Of a stretch of DNA of 47,050 bases, positions 24,996 through 35,828 are shown in pieces. The notes under the pieces are model-generated. The model was not told the DNA's origin, made no database searches, and saw only the letters and a list, made by a program, of their open reading frames with translations. The stretch's first letter is position 1; each line of letters begins with the position of its first letter. The translations under genes were made by a program, and so were the position numbers. This DNA comes from Hyphochytrium catenoides (lineage: Eukaryota; Protista; Hyphochytriomycota). The DNA lies in assembly GCA_900088475.1 (NCBI GenBank), contig FLMG01003087.1, positions 1-47,050 on the forward strand, given 5' to 3'.

Positions 24996-26671
24996 CTATG
25001 CACTTTCGTCGCTTGATACGGCAGGAGATGAGCTCTCCTGGGATGTAGCTGGGTCCAGCTCCTGATAAATCTCGGGCAGTACGTGCTTCATGCAGTATCC
25101 CTTAACGCGCACCGTCCGTCTGCACCCCTTGAACTTGCATGGAGGACTATAGTCATGAGCTGCGCAGTATCCACCTCTTTGCTCACCTAAAGGACGAGAG
25201 TTGCAGAGAGGATCATAAGGAAGATTAGGCCTCAAGAAATAGGAAACAAGAGAGCCAAATAGCGCTTCGTACCTTTCTGACACCCTTCAAACTTGCACTT
25301 GCGGCCTCCACCATGTGATCGGCACTTCCCATCACCTTGAGAGCTCTTGGAGCAGCCAGGAACCTGGCAGCGTCGTCCACCGCCGTGACTCTTGCAGAAA
25401 CCTCTCGATTGTGCAGCGTTGCTGCAGCTAGGGAAACCGCATCTCTTTCCTCCTCCATGTGCAATGCAGAAGCCTCCACCTTGGTCGCTGACAGTGCACC
25501 CCTCATACTGGCATCGTCTACCACCACCGTGTGCCTTGCACAGACCCTTGGAACGGACCATCTTGAGGCACCCAACTACCTGGCATAGGCCTCTTCTCTT
25601 CTTGTCACTGCTCTTGACGGGCGCCTTTTGAAGCGAGAGCGTGACGGTCGGGCAGTGAATTGACGGCTGGGTAGCAACATGGACAGCGGCTGGAACAGCT
25701 GGTTCGCAGACAGGGATAGGGCGAGAAAGAGCAGGAAGTGGAGGAGATACCGCCGATGGGGGCATCTGCACCTGCGTTCTTGGGTCGTAGGCTCGGAAGT
25801 CGGTGCATGATACGTTCTGACGAACTGGGACGGTAACCATAGAGAGAGAAGGGACGTAGCTATTCTTCCTAGGAGGAAGGTACTCATCCTCTTCAGCGTC
25901 CTGCCAGTTAGCTTGAGAAGGAACGCGGGGAGTTGGTTTCACCAGAGGGGGAAGGCTAGCGGACTTGGCAATGGACGGTAGTAGAGGGGCGCTCTGGCAC
26001 TGCGGATTGGTTCTAACCTTCAATCCGTCCTTAAGATGGGTTGCAGATTGTAGTGGCTGAGCCTCCTTGCTGGCTGCTGCGGAACGCTCGATGGTCTCTC
26101 GAATGTAGTTGCGGAAATCACTGACAATGCCTCCCTGATTGATGCTCTTGCTAAGCGGCTTTGAGGGAGCCACTGATTGCTCATAGGTACCACGGGGGCT
26201 GGGCTTCTCAGCGGAAGGAGCACAAAGGTACTGACCCTGGTGCTGAGAGTAGTTATCATAAGAGTGCTTCTCAGGACTGTTCCGGGAACCCAGCGACTTG
26301 GTCATGGCGAAGAGCGAAGGTCCAAAGGGGCTGGTCATCGCTTTCATGGTGGAGAAGGGGCTCTTCATAGAACTGCTATGGTACGATGGCATTGGCCGTG
26401 ACTGACAGTCTTCTTCATACTGAAAGGTCTGCTGAGGATTCTGATAGTGTCGCATTGGCTGGTTCTTCATCTGCATCTTCAGCTTCTCAAGGAGGTCACC
26501 ACGAGCGGCGTTAGAGGGGCTGATGCGTTCTTGGCTGTACGGCTTACCTCCCTCCCTGCTTTCTCTCGGAGGTGTGTTCTGCTTCGATACATGCAGGGGA
26601 GGAAGGTATGTGCCAGATATTAGTCCAGCTGGCCGATGTGAAGGGAATGGCTCCACATTAAGAGACATCAT
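24996..26671 (-). CDS. WRKY19-like Cys/His (GCK, 'HGGGRRC') zinc-finger repeat protein, 2 exons
   Basis: Long low-complexity N-terminus, then six C-x4-C-x9-C-x2-H units, four followed by GGG[R/K]. An intron at about 25273-25188 joins CQK|GEQRGGYCAAH. Confidence 0.85.
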
Positions 26672-28499
26672 CTTTCTTTCGCAATAGATAAATAGAAGGA
26701 AGGCAAAAGAGAAGAGGAGATTCGATGAGCTTGTTCACTGACAAGTGAGATTAGAAAGTACAGCCACTCTACGCAACCGCAGAGCGCCGCCGCGCGCTAG
26801 AGAGCATGTGAGCGTCGGAGGGGGGCAAAATAGGTAAATGACTTGACAAGACAGTGCCAGTAAGGACAGGAGGGATGGACTCCCGATACTAGCGACCCGG
26901 GCGCTACGAGGAGAGCTTTCCGTAGAAGCTATGTTCTAACGTTTAGCCAGATTCTATAGTGACAGCCCCTGGATAGTGAGAACCCCTGCCCTTGACAGGC
27001 AGGTTCGGGGCTAAGTGCCCACGGGCTTCGAAGAGGGAAAGGCGGGTTCTAAGAGGTGTTCAGGGCCTTCCTATGTGCTTCGTGTTGATAATATGAGAGC
27101 AAAGCCTTGCAACTTTCCCTTGGCCTGCCAAAACAGTTCTTGATGTGCCATAAGAAAGGAGAATGTCCCCTGTGAGCGTCACGAAGCAGAAAGATGAAGT
27201 AAGGGTGAGAGAAAAAGGAATGAGACTCGAAAGAAAAAGCAAGAAGAGAAGGAAGAGGGGGAAACAAGGAGACAAAGATAAGATTTTAGCCTGATAAGTA
27301 GGGCAGAGACAGAGTGAGAGACTTCGGCCGACCAAGAAAGAGAAACCTCAACAGGGAGCAGAGGAAAGGTGTCTTTGGAGCAGAGCGGAGGTACATATAA
27401 GGAGATAGCGTCACTCTGTAGGAAAGAGCGATGCTCTCAAAGTTTTTTTCAAAGACACGGCACAGACGAAGAATCGAACAGGTTGACACAGTCAGCAGGT
27501 TCTCTCAGTTCCTTCAAAGAACCCTGGAAGCTGCTTCTGCCTCGAGAGATACACCACGAAGACCTCTCAGAAACTACTTCCAGCTCTTCCTTTCGTTCGG
27601 TTTCCCCTTTGTGGCGTCTTATTGTTGGGAAGTACCGCCAGAGTGGCACCCGGAGAGAAGGGAAAAGAAAAGGAGCAAAGAGCATCCAACAGAGATATTG
27701 GAAGGAACAAAGCGATAGGGAGAGAAGAGACAGAAAGGTATCCTGCCCTTGCCCTTCTCTGATCCTGGAAGAAAGAAAGAAGGGCAGAAAAAGGAGTGTA
27801 GAACTGCTAGTCAGAAGAGAGCGTTACCATAGAAGAGAAGAGCGATTCTAGAATCGCCGCCGGGCCCGACTTCATCTCTTCGTCTGCTCGGATGAGAGCC
27901 TGACGGACACCGCAGGTTATATCGTTTGAAGTTACTAGCAGAATGGCAGGGCAGAGAAAGGGAGATCCATAGAAGAGAGATTTATTCCGTGCATACTGGC
28001 ATCCTCTAAACAGAGGCGAGACGCCTGGGGCAGCTCTAGAGGTTAAGGCCTCTAGAAGCGGAGTGTGCTGTCTGTCGCTATGGTTATTCGTAGGTGATTT
28101 CTGCCTGTCCTGTCTCCTGTTTCCCTTCTCTTATGAGACAGGCCCAAGAAGAACCAGTCTGGCAACGAGGCGATCGAGGCTCAAAAAGTAGGACTTTAAG
28201 CTTGGCATGGCGATATGCACCTTCTCGCTTGTACCAGGGAGTTCTAGGGTCAGAGTGGTAGATATAATAAGGCCAGCGGTGGACAGACAGACGAGAGACA
28301 CGGTAGTTCTAGTGAGGTCGCCCTCTAGGTCTTGACCTTGATGACTCTACACTGTGGGTGCTGGCTATGGCTGAAGCAGGACGAAATAACAAAGTGCAGC
28401 GCTGCCGTCAGCAGAGCCAAATCTTCCCACGGAATATAAATAGAATTCTGTGCTGCTGCTTCCGTTAAGAGAGAGAAAGTATCTTAGGCCTGAGGAAAC

Positions 28500-30200
28500 C
28501 TAAAAGATCACTCTTCTCTATGAACTACAGAATGGGCTATAGCGTTCTTTGGATGTCGTGAAGTTCTGGTCAGTAGACAGAGAAGGGCCAAGGCAATAGT
28601 TCCACAGAATATCGAGGCACATGATAATTCTGACACAGCGACAAGAGGAACAACCGGCTCTTCTTCTTTCGTCCCGCCTTTCTGAGGTGAACCAAACCGA
28701 ACCTATGGTCATGACTCGAAACCTGTTATCCATCCTTCAGCTCATCCGCGGGCTCCGTCTTCTATAGAGGCAACTGTAGGGTGATGCCTTCTCAAATGTC
28801 TTGACGAGAAAGAACTACCTTCAAGAACTACTTGCTCCCCTGTATTATGGATATCGATCGCGCTTGGTGGAGCTGTCTAGACACGGGCAAGACAAGATAG
28901 AACTCGTAGGATAGTAGGACGGTGGAGCGACAATAGAGCCCGTAGGGACTATAAGAAAGTACAGAGTAGCCTGCGGACCCTTGACACATAAGAACCCTAA
29001 CCTTCTCTCTATGTGTAGGAGACTGAGTAGTTCTATTACTCGGAAGGTTTGTACGGCAAAACGGTAGTGACGACCCGGCCATACAAACAGTAGATTATTA
29101 TTAGCACACGACACTGCGCAATTGTAAAAGGGTAAGGTCCGCAAAGCAAGCGATAGATCTAAGTTCCGGATCGGCGCTAAGTCAGGGATGCCTGCTGCAA
29201 TAAGCTATGGCTAACCAATGAGTTACCAAGCAGTGTTTCAGTAGCTTTCGGTGATTTTGGGCTGGCGAACCTACTCTTTCCGCCACCCAGTTCTTACTTT
29301 GGTGAGTCTTCCACTTCGTTTTGGGCAGGGCACTCTGTCTCCCATCAACTTCAGAAAGGAAGCAGTCTCTGCTGAGGATGAGGCTGCTGATGAGCTGCGA
29401 GACAAGCATCAACGAAGATCCCCGCTTAAAGGTGGGATGATTCCTCTAGATCTACCAATCAGCAACAGAGCAACGATGGAATCACCTGTGTATGAATGCC
29501 ACAAGGCAAGAGCGAGCTCTAGAGAGGCAGATCACCGAGCTTCCTTCATTCCCAAGAAAACAGCTGTGGTTAGAACTACTGAAATCGTCGTTGTCACCGC
29601 GGAGAGTAGAGGGTTCTTGTTCCTCGACAGCTGGAGTCATCGGGCATTTGTTGCCCTAGAGTCTGGTAGCAGGGTGAGAATAGCACAACGAATTGAAGTT
29701 ATTCTGACATAAAGAAATCTGCTATTTTTCTAGATTCATGAGATGGAATGAAAGTTGGTAAGACCTACGTTGCCAAGAAGATGCTGTCCCGGTTGTTCCC
29801 TCATCAATAAAGAAAGGCGATCCAGAGCTTTGGCGGGATATTGAGAACTACTTAGCCATGGCAACAAGTGCCGTCGTGACGCTCCATTACTGTCCAGGTG
29901 TCTTTGTACTCGCCGCCTTCATCCGGCTCTGCTGCGACAAGATAGGCTTATTACAGGCCCATTCTTATCTTCAGAGATCTACTAACTCCCAGGAATAGGC
30001 AAAAAGAATGCTACTTGAGACCATCAGCAGGGATTAGACGACATTCGCGACCATGATAACCAATCGCCCATGCTATCAAGCTTCAGCACGACAAATATGG
30101 GCACCAGTTGCTCAGTGCTGCACAACAGTACACTTGTTAATGGCCTCTTGCTTCCTGAACCTGTGTTGTCATCCTTGATTCTAATGACCTACGACCTTAA
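28500..30200. mobile_element. Degenerate Mutator-like (MULE) transposase relic
   Basis: Frameshifted plus-strand pieces in MULE order: SVDREG...FHRISRHM, FKNYL..IMDIDRAWW...SRTVE, SWIM-like ACCNKLWLTNELPS.VSVA, then HPVLTL..F..LSPI. Minus-strand 29400-30200 pieces resemble the N-terminal part. Many TAG stops. Recognised by pattern only. Confidence 0.4.
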
Positions 30201-30597
30201 GAAGGTCTGTCGTCAAGCTCTTTAGTAGGCGTTGCTTTGCAAGACCATAGGTTTCGCTGAAAGAGAAAAGCAACTAAAGGTGAAGGTTACTTCTTAAGTT
30301 AGACCATAGAAAGACAGAAGGGTCTAAATGTGGCTCAACACGATTGTCGCAGTTTAAGGACTTTCATCTGTCGTGAACTTGTCGTTGCCTCCCTTCTGAA
30401 GTTTCCGTTTTGATGACGCGCGCAGCTTGTACAGTCCCTAAGTAACGGGCATTCCTTGGGCTGTTCAGCCGCAAGAGATTTCTCTCAGCAGCGCTTCAAC
30501 AACTCACTGCTCAGTAAAGTATAAGCCCCAGACGTCTATGCCTCCTTTCTCAGGCAAAATTTGATAGAGATACCCTAGAGGCTTCGGTCCTCTATAC

Positions 30598-32791
30598 TCA
30601 TGAAGACGGAGCTTCTTCGACAGAATTATAGTGTTCACCTAGCGCGTAGTAGTGTCTGTGGTAACTGTTGGCGAAGACACGTCAGGCTCACGCACTTTCA
30701 TTGATAACCCTTAAAGACGAGGGTGAATTAACTCAAGAAAGGAAGACAAAAGAGAAAGGAGAACTCTTGAGAACAACGCCGTCCCTTCGAATGTCAGCAA
30801 TACAGTGAGAAGGAAAGATAACCCAGCACCTCAGGCAAAGTGAGCTTACGTGAGTTGGAGATGCTTCCCAGAAAGCTCATGCTCTGACCCAAGCTTCAGA
30901 GTAGGGGCATCGGCAGAATAGATCCAGATTGGTATCTGGAGCGAGTGGCAAAGTGCCTGGAGCTCCACCTGTCCTCCCCATTCTGCAGTCTCGGCTACAC
31001 GGCGACAATAATTTTCATATGCCGCTGCGGCATTATTAGTTAAGAAGGCAAGAGCAGTTGGAGAGGGGTAAGAAAATAGATTAGCGTGAGCGCACCTGAG
31101 GCATAGGTGGATGGAGGGCAGTAACGTTGCTAGCGCAGGTTAAGAAGGAAAACTGAGAAGTGATATTGAGACGACGGAAAAGTGAGATTGGGAAGAGGGA
31201 TAAAGAGAAGGAAAACATGCTCAACAGAGCGAAACGAAAAGGCTAGGTAGACTAAAAAGAGACAGGGTTTTGGCAGATACGGCATTGTAAGAGCAGCCTT
31301 AGCATACCGTCTATGTCTCCCTCTCCCAGATCCATAAACGGCATAAAGTCTGCCTTATGAGCACGGAGATACTCCGCACAAAGGAGTCTGATCTCTTTGT
31401 ATTGCCGTGGGTCCGCATCTACATGCTCCAGCTGGTGCGCTATAGCTCTATATAGGCAATGACCATCTGAAGGAATCTTCAGAGAATGGGAGAAAGAGTC
31501 AAGTCACAGTGAGACAACTTCAGACGAAGGAGCTGAAGAGGAGTAGAGGGAAAGGATTTCTGGAAAGAAGAGAGTAAGGAGGACTCGGACTGACCTCCTT
31601 GATCGTCATATTCGACGCCTTTAACTTATTTAAGATCGCCTCATTCTCTACTTCTCTTAGGCTAACATCGTCCTTTGTTTCTTCCTCATAGCGTGCGCGT
31701 CTCTCTTTTTCCTGCTCCAGCTTTTTAAGCTAAGAAAGAAGAAGCCCGAAAGAAACGGAGATTCTGTCAATGCCACCAGTAATATGCGATCCGGCAGGGC
31801 GCGATTTCCTACCCTTTTCTTCTGTGCCTTGGAGATCTTCCTACTCTCTAAGCTTTCTGATCCGCTTGGAACGGAAGAATCCTCAGGGGGAGAAGTTTCT
31901 TGCACCTATTGATTGAAGAACAGGAATGTAGGCACGAACCTAGATATGAGGTCCGACATAGACAGGCAGAGAGAAACCGAGAACGGGCATTCGCTAAAGA
32001 ATCGTGATGTAGCCCAAATCGATGCAGGAGTAGGTTTGAAGAGACAAAGCTAAAAGAACGAATCAAAGGGCACAGATGAGGCACAGCAATTGTGACAGAA
32101 AGGGAATGTGAACCTTCTGCGTGGCTTTGTAAGTTTCTAGTTCCGCCGCGTGTCGAGCCAGAACATCTTCCTCAATCTTTTTAGCCTCAGTCTCAGCTTC
32201 TTTTATTCTCTCTTTGTTCTTAGATTGCTTTGCCTTCTTCACCAGTGCTCTACACTTGTTCTGAACATCCTACGAGTGCGAAGGCAAATTAGTTGGCAGA
32301 CCCGCGTCTCTAAGCCACATCTTTCGATTCCCTCCATGACTCCTCTGGCGTCTATCCAAAGTCTCTCAAAGATCACTGTTAGTCTCGTTATCTCCCTCGC
32401 ACCACTCGAAGCACCCTATGGTCGCCCTTTATGTCCCCACCTTAGCTTCCTTGCTCTATTTCACTTACTCGTAACTCCCGCCGATGTCTAGTTTCAAGAT
32501 CATCATCCTCGTCTACCGACCCTTCCTCCAATGCTTCACCAAGCGCCACTTCTTCCATCGACGCTCTACAACGCATACGTTAGTTAAAAGAAGACCAAAG
32601 AGTCGTCATAAGAACACTCTAAGGGGCATGCTACATGGTCGAGGATAAGGAAACTTGAAGAACTCTAGAGTGTGGAATAAGGAGTCAGCGGCGAGTAAAG
32701 TCTTGTCATACTCGAGGCCTGTGTCCTGCGCAGTCGTCCCTTCTTCCCCGGCAACTATCCCAGATTGTTTCTTGTTCTTTTTCTTCCCCAT
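30598..32791 (-). CDS. OTUD6B: OTU-domain deubiquitinase, OTUD6B/Otu2 family, 8 exons
   Basis: LETRHRRELR...RHAAELE...ISKAQKKR N-terminal coil; catalytic IKE|IPSDGHCLYRAIAHQL, TAEWGGQVELQAL, YHRHYYALGEHYNSV. Confidence 0.95.
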
Positions 32792-33058
32792 TTTCAGCCT
32801 AGCGTTCTATGTCTATCGGCAGTTTCCGGCAGCGAGGTTACCACGTGTCAAAGAGCTTCAATATTGAGTAAAGGAAACCCAAGGATCCTTGATGTGATAG
32901 TGAAAGCGAGGAGTCCGTACGGTCAGTGGTGCTTCAAGACCTTCCTCATCGCCCCTCTGGCGCGGAGCTCGGCAGATACATGAGAGAGCTCATGAGAGTC
33001 CAGAAAATCCAATAAAATTGTCTTCCCTCAATGAGGCTCATGAGATGACATTCAGCTC

Positions 33059-34181
33059 CAGGGGGTGGGCACGAGAGACCCTGGAGGAGCTCTGGGCTCT
33101 CTTATTGTATTATTCACTGGTACAGTTATTATTACTGAAAGGTCGTAGTTCTGTAAAATAGATGCTGCACGGCAGGCTGTGGGAATCGCCGTTCCCCTTT
33201 GATGACTGTGCTAAGGTGGCAAAGGAACTCGTGGGGAATTGCAATCAGCAGTCTCCGCGGCGCTAGCTGGAGCTTCATTTCCCTCTGGCGCGCAGAATAT
33301 GAAGCTTGTACAAGCCAATACTTTGAGAGGCTGCTAATAAGCTTGAACTGGCATGGACTATTTACTTTCAGAGTTGTGACTCTCTCTGACCCTGACATTA
33401 CTAACTGGGGTTGGAGTCTCTGCGCATTCGCTGAAAGGATAGAAGATGTACTCTTTGGATACCTGAAAATGAGAGTGAAGATGATGACGGATCCATATTA
33501 TGGACCACCATCTCTGTAGACAAGGACATATGGCTACGTCCCTAATCATCCAAGAGCGCAAGCTTCATCGGTACTTTGCTCCGGCAAGAGACTGGGAGGT
33601 TATGTGACTGCAACAGGAGTGAGGAGGAAGAAAGCTTAGACGACCGGAAAGTTGTGAGACTATTTTTCAGTTGTACAGCAGATTTATTACAGATGGCACG
33701 AGGCTCATCATCTTCGATCACACCTGCGTGCTGCTTGAGTATTGCCTGAATAGAGAACCTCAGTTCTCCCAATCCAAAGAATTCCTTATAGACAGGTTTG
33801 CATGATGCCACGGGCCGATTTGCTGCCTCAGGAACATGACTGTCACGGGCCCTTGCTATCTCGGAGGACACAGAAAGGGACAAGAAAGGGACAAGGTACA
33901 GGGAGACAATATCATCGATATTGCTGACAATCACCAGGAGCGTAGCCAATGTGGCGCTTGGCATGCTTTCTGTCTATTAGAAAGTCCGTGGATGGACGAA
34001 ATGAGGTTCTCTGCTTAGGCAATACTCCAGGAGTTTGCGCGTTACCGTAGATATTGATCCTCTTGTCATCTGACTGAAAGTCCAGGAGGCAAGATCGTCT
34101 CTACCAATGACGCCCCTTCTCTACTCTCTACGAGGTAGAGACCTTAATCGGTTATAATAGCTGCATCATCGTCCACCCCTA
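33059..34181 (-). mobile_element. Possible degenerate hAT transposase relic
   Basis: Minus-strand 33250-33520 reads CLQRWW / RYPK...LSANAQRLQPQLVMSGSERV...YWLV, resembling the hAT dimerisation motif. Imperfect TIR-like ends CAGGGGGTGGGC (33059) and reverse-complement TAGGGGTGGAC (about 34171-34181). No matching 8-bp TSD. Confidence 0.3.
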
Positions 34182-34457
34182 CTAGGTGTGCAAGAACAGC
34201 TCTTCCGCTGTTTCCCACCAGGCACAGTCCAAATCGCTAATATCGAGACTACTTGCGTGTCCCTCATGCCAGCATCATGACAGCTTACAGGCGGTGATAG
34301 GAGGCGTCTATTATAAGGGATGGTAGCTTAGTAGCAGTGGCTAGTTTCAAAAGATCTGATGACTCTTTTATAAAATAGAAGATTGGATGGTAAATTAGAA
34401 GAACTCTAAGACTTTGGTGAGGCAGCAGCAGCCCTTCGTCCTTAGAATGCCGTACCC

Positions 34458-35828
34458 TTACTTGGGGCATGGAGTTGGGGCTGGCTTTTTGGTTGTGGGC
34501 TTAACATACCAGGAAGGGAAAGGAGTGGGTGCTGGAGTAGGCCAGGGAGTGGGCTTTGGAGTAGGAGCTGGTGTAGGCCAGGACGTGGGTTTTGGGGTTG
34601 GAGCTGGCGTAGGCCAAGGCTTAGGAGTAGGAGCAGGCGTTGGTTTCTTGGTAGGCCAGGGAGTGGGAGCTGGCGTNNNNNNNNNNNNNNNNNNNNNNNN
34701 NNNNNNNNNNNNNNNNNNNNNNNNNNNNNNNNNNNNNGGTGCTGGAGTAGGTTTAGGTGTGGGCGCAGGGGTTGGTGCTGGAGTAGGTTTAGGTGTCGGC
34801 GCAGGGGTCGGTGCTGGTGGCTTAGTAGTTGGCCAGGTAGGCGCAGGAGTTGGTGCTGGTGGCTTGGTTGTCACCTTAGAGGTAGGGCAAGGGGTAGGAG
34901 CCGGTGGCTTGGTGGTGGTTGCCCAGGTAGGCGCAGGAGTAGGTGCTGGTGGCTTAGTGGTGGTTGCCCAGGTAGGCGCAGGGGTTGGTGCTGGTGGCTT
35001 GGTGGTGGTTGCCCAGGTAGGCGCAGGGGTTGGTGCGGGTGGCTTGGTAGTGGTTGCCCAGGTAGGCGCAGGGGTTGGTGCGGGTGGCTTGGTTGTCACC
35101 TTAGTGGTAGGGCAAGGGGTAGGTGCCGGTGGCTTGGTTGTGGTTGCCCAAGTAGGAGCAGGAGTTGGTGCTGGTGGCTTGGTGGTGGTTGCCCAGGTAG
35201 GAGCAGGGGTTGGTGCTGGTGGCTTGGTGGTGGTTGCCCAGGTAGGAGCAGGGGTTGGTGCGGGTGGCTTAGTTGTTGTGCCAGGAGTAGGTGCTGATGT
35301 TGGGGCCGCCGTAGTGGTGATAGGGGCTGTGGTAGGGGCTGGTGGTTGAGTGGTTGACGGGGGTTTGCTGGTTCCCTGACTTGGGGCTGGTGTAGGTGCA
35401 GGAGTGGGCTTAGTGGTGTCCCAAGTGGGTGCGGGGGTTGGTGCTGGAGGCTTGGTAGTGCCCTGGGTAGGCGCTGGAGGCTTCGTGGTTACTGAAGAAG
35501 GCGTGGGTACATACGGGCGAGTGGTGGGTGTCACAACAGGAGGCCGTGTAGTAGGACTAATCACTGGTGGCCGAGATGAAGGCTTCAAAGTTGGTGCTGA
35601 ATCATCGAGTTTGCAGCCTGGAACGCCAGACGCTACGATGCCACAGTAAGCTCCCTCAGGGCAATTTCCGTTCGGGTAGCCCCCAACACAGATAGGAATC
35701 GCCGCACAGCCTGTCTCTCCTCGCTCGACGGAGACAGGAAGCTTTCCTGGTTTGCACTTGATATCAGCAGCAGTGACCTGATGGGCAGCAGCTGCTACCA
35801 GCAGCGCGAAAATGCAGCTTAGACGCAT
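34458..35828 (-). CDS. Secreted Pro/Thr-repeat mucin-like cell-surface or wall protein with an N-terminal Cys-rich domain; intronless, one N-gap
   Basis: Signal peptide [20 protein letters not shown]; 6-Cys domain ([24 protein letters not shown]...[18 protein letters not shown]); then 15-aa [15 protein letters not shown] tandem repeats and PTPAPTPK repeats. Confidence 0.9.
   Translation of the reverse strand: MRLSCIFALLVAAAAHQVTAADIKCKPGKLPVSVERGETGCAAIPICVGGYPNGNCPEGAYCGIVASGVPGCKLDDSAPTLKPSSRPPVISPTTRPPVVTPTTRPYVPTPSSVTTKPPAPTQGTTKPPAPTPAPTWDTTKPTPAPTPAPSQGTSKPPSTTQPPAPTTAPITTTAAPTSAPTPGTTTKPPAPTPAPTWATTTKPPAPTPAPTWATTTKPPAPTPAPTWATTTKPPAPTPCPTTKVTTKPPAPTPAPTWATTTKPPAPTPAPTWATTTKPPAPTPAPTWATTTKPPAPTPAPTWATTTKPPAPTPCPTSKVTTKPPAPTPAPTWPTTKPPAPTPAPTPKPTPAPTPAPTPKPTPAXXXXXXXXXXXXXXXXXXXXXTPAPTPWPTKKPTPAPTPKPWPTPAPTPKPTSWPTPAPTPKPTPWPTPAPTPFPSWYVKPTTKKPAPTPCPK

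Noticed and set aside
34414-35649. Plus-strand GAGVGAG elastin/silk-like ORFs
   Set aside because: Antisense shadow of the PT-repeat gene, which has the signal peptide and Cys domain.
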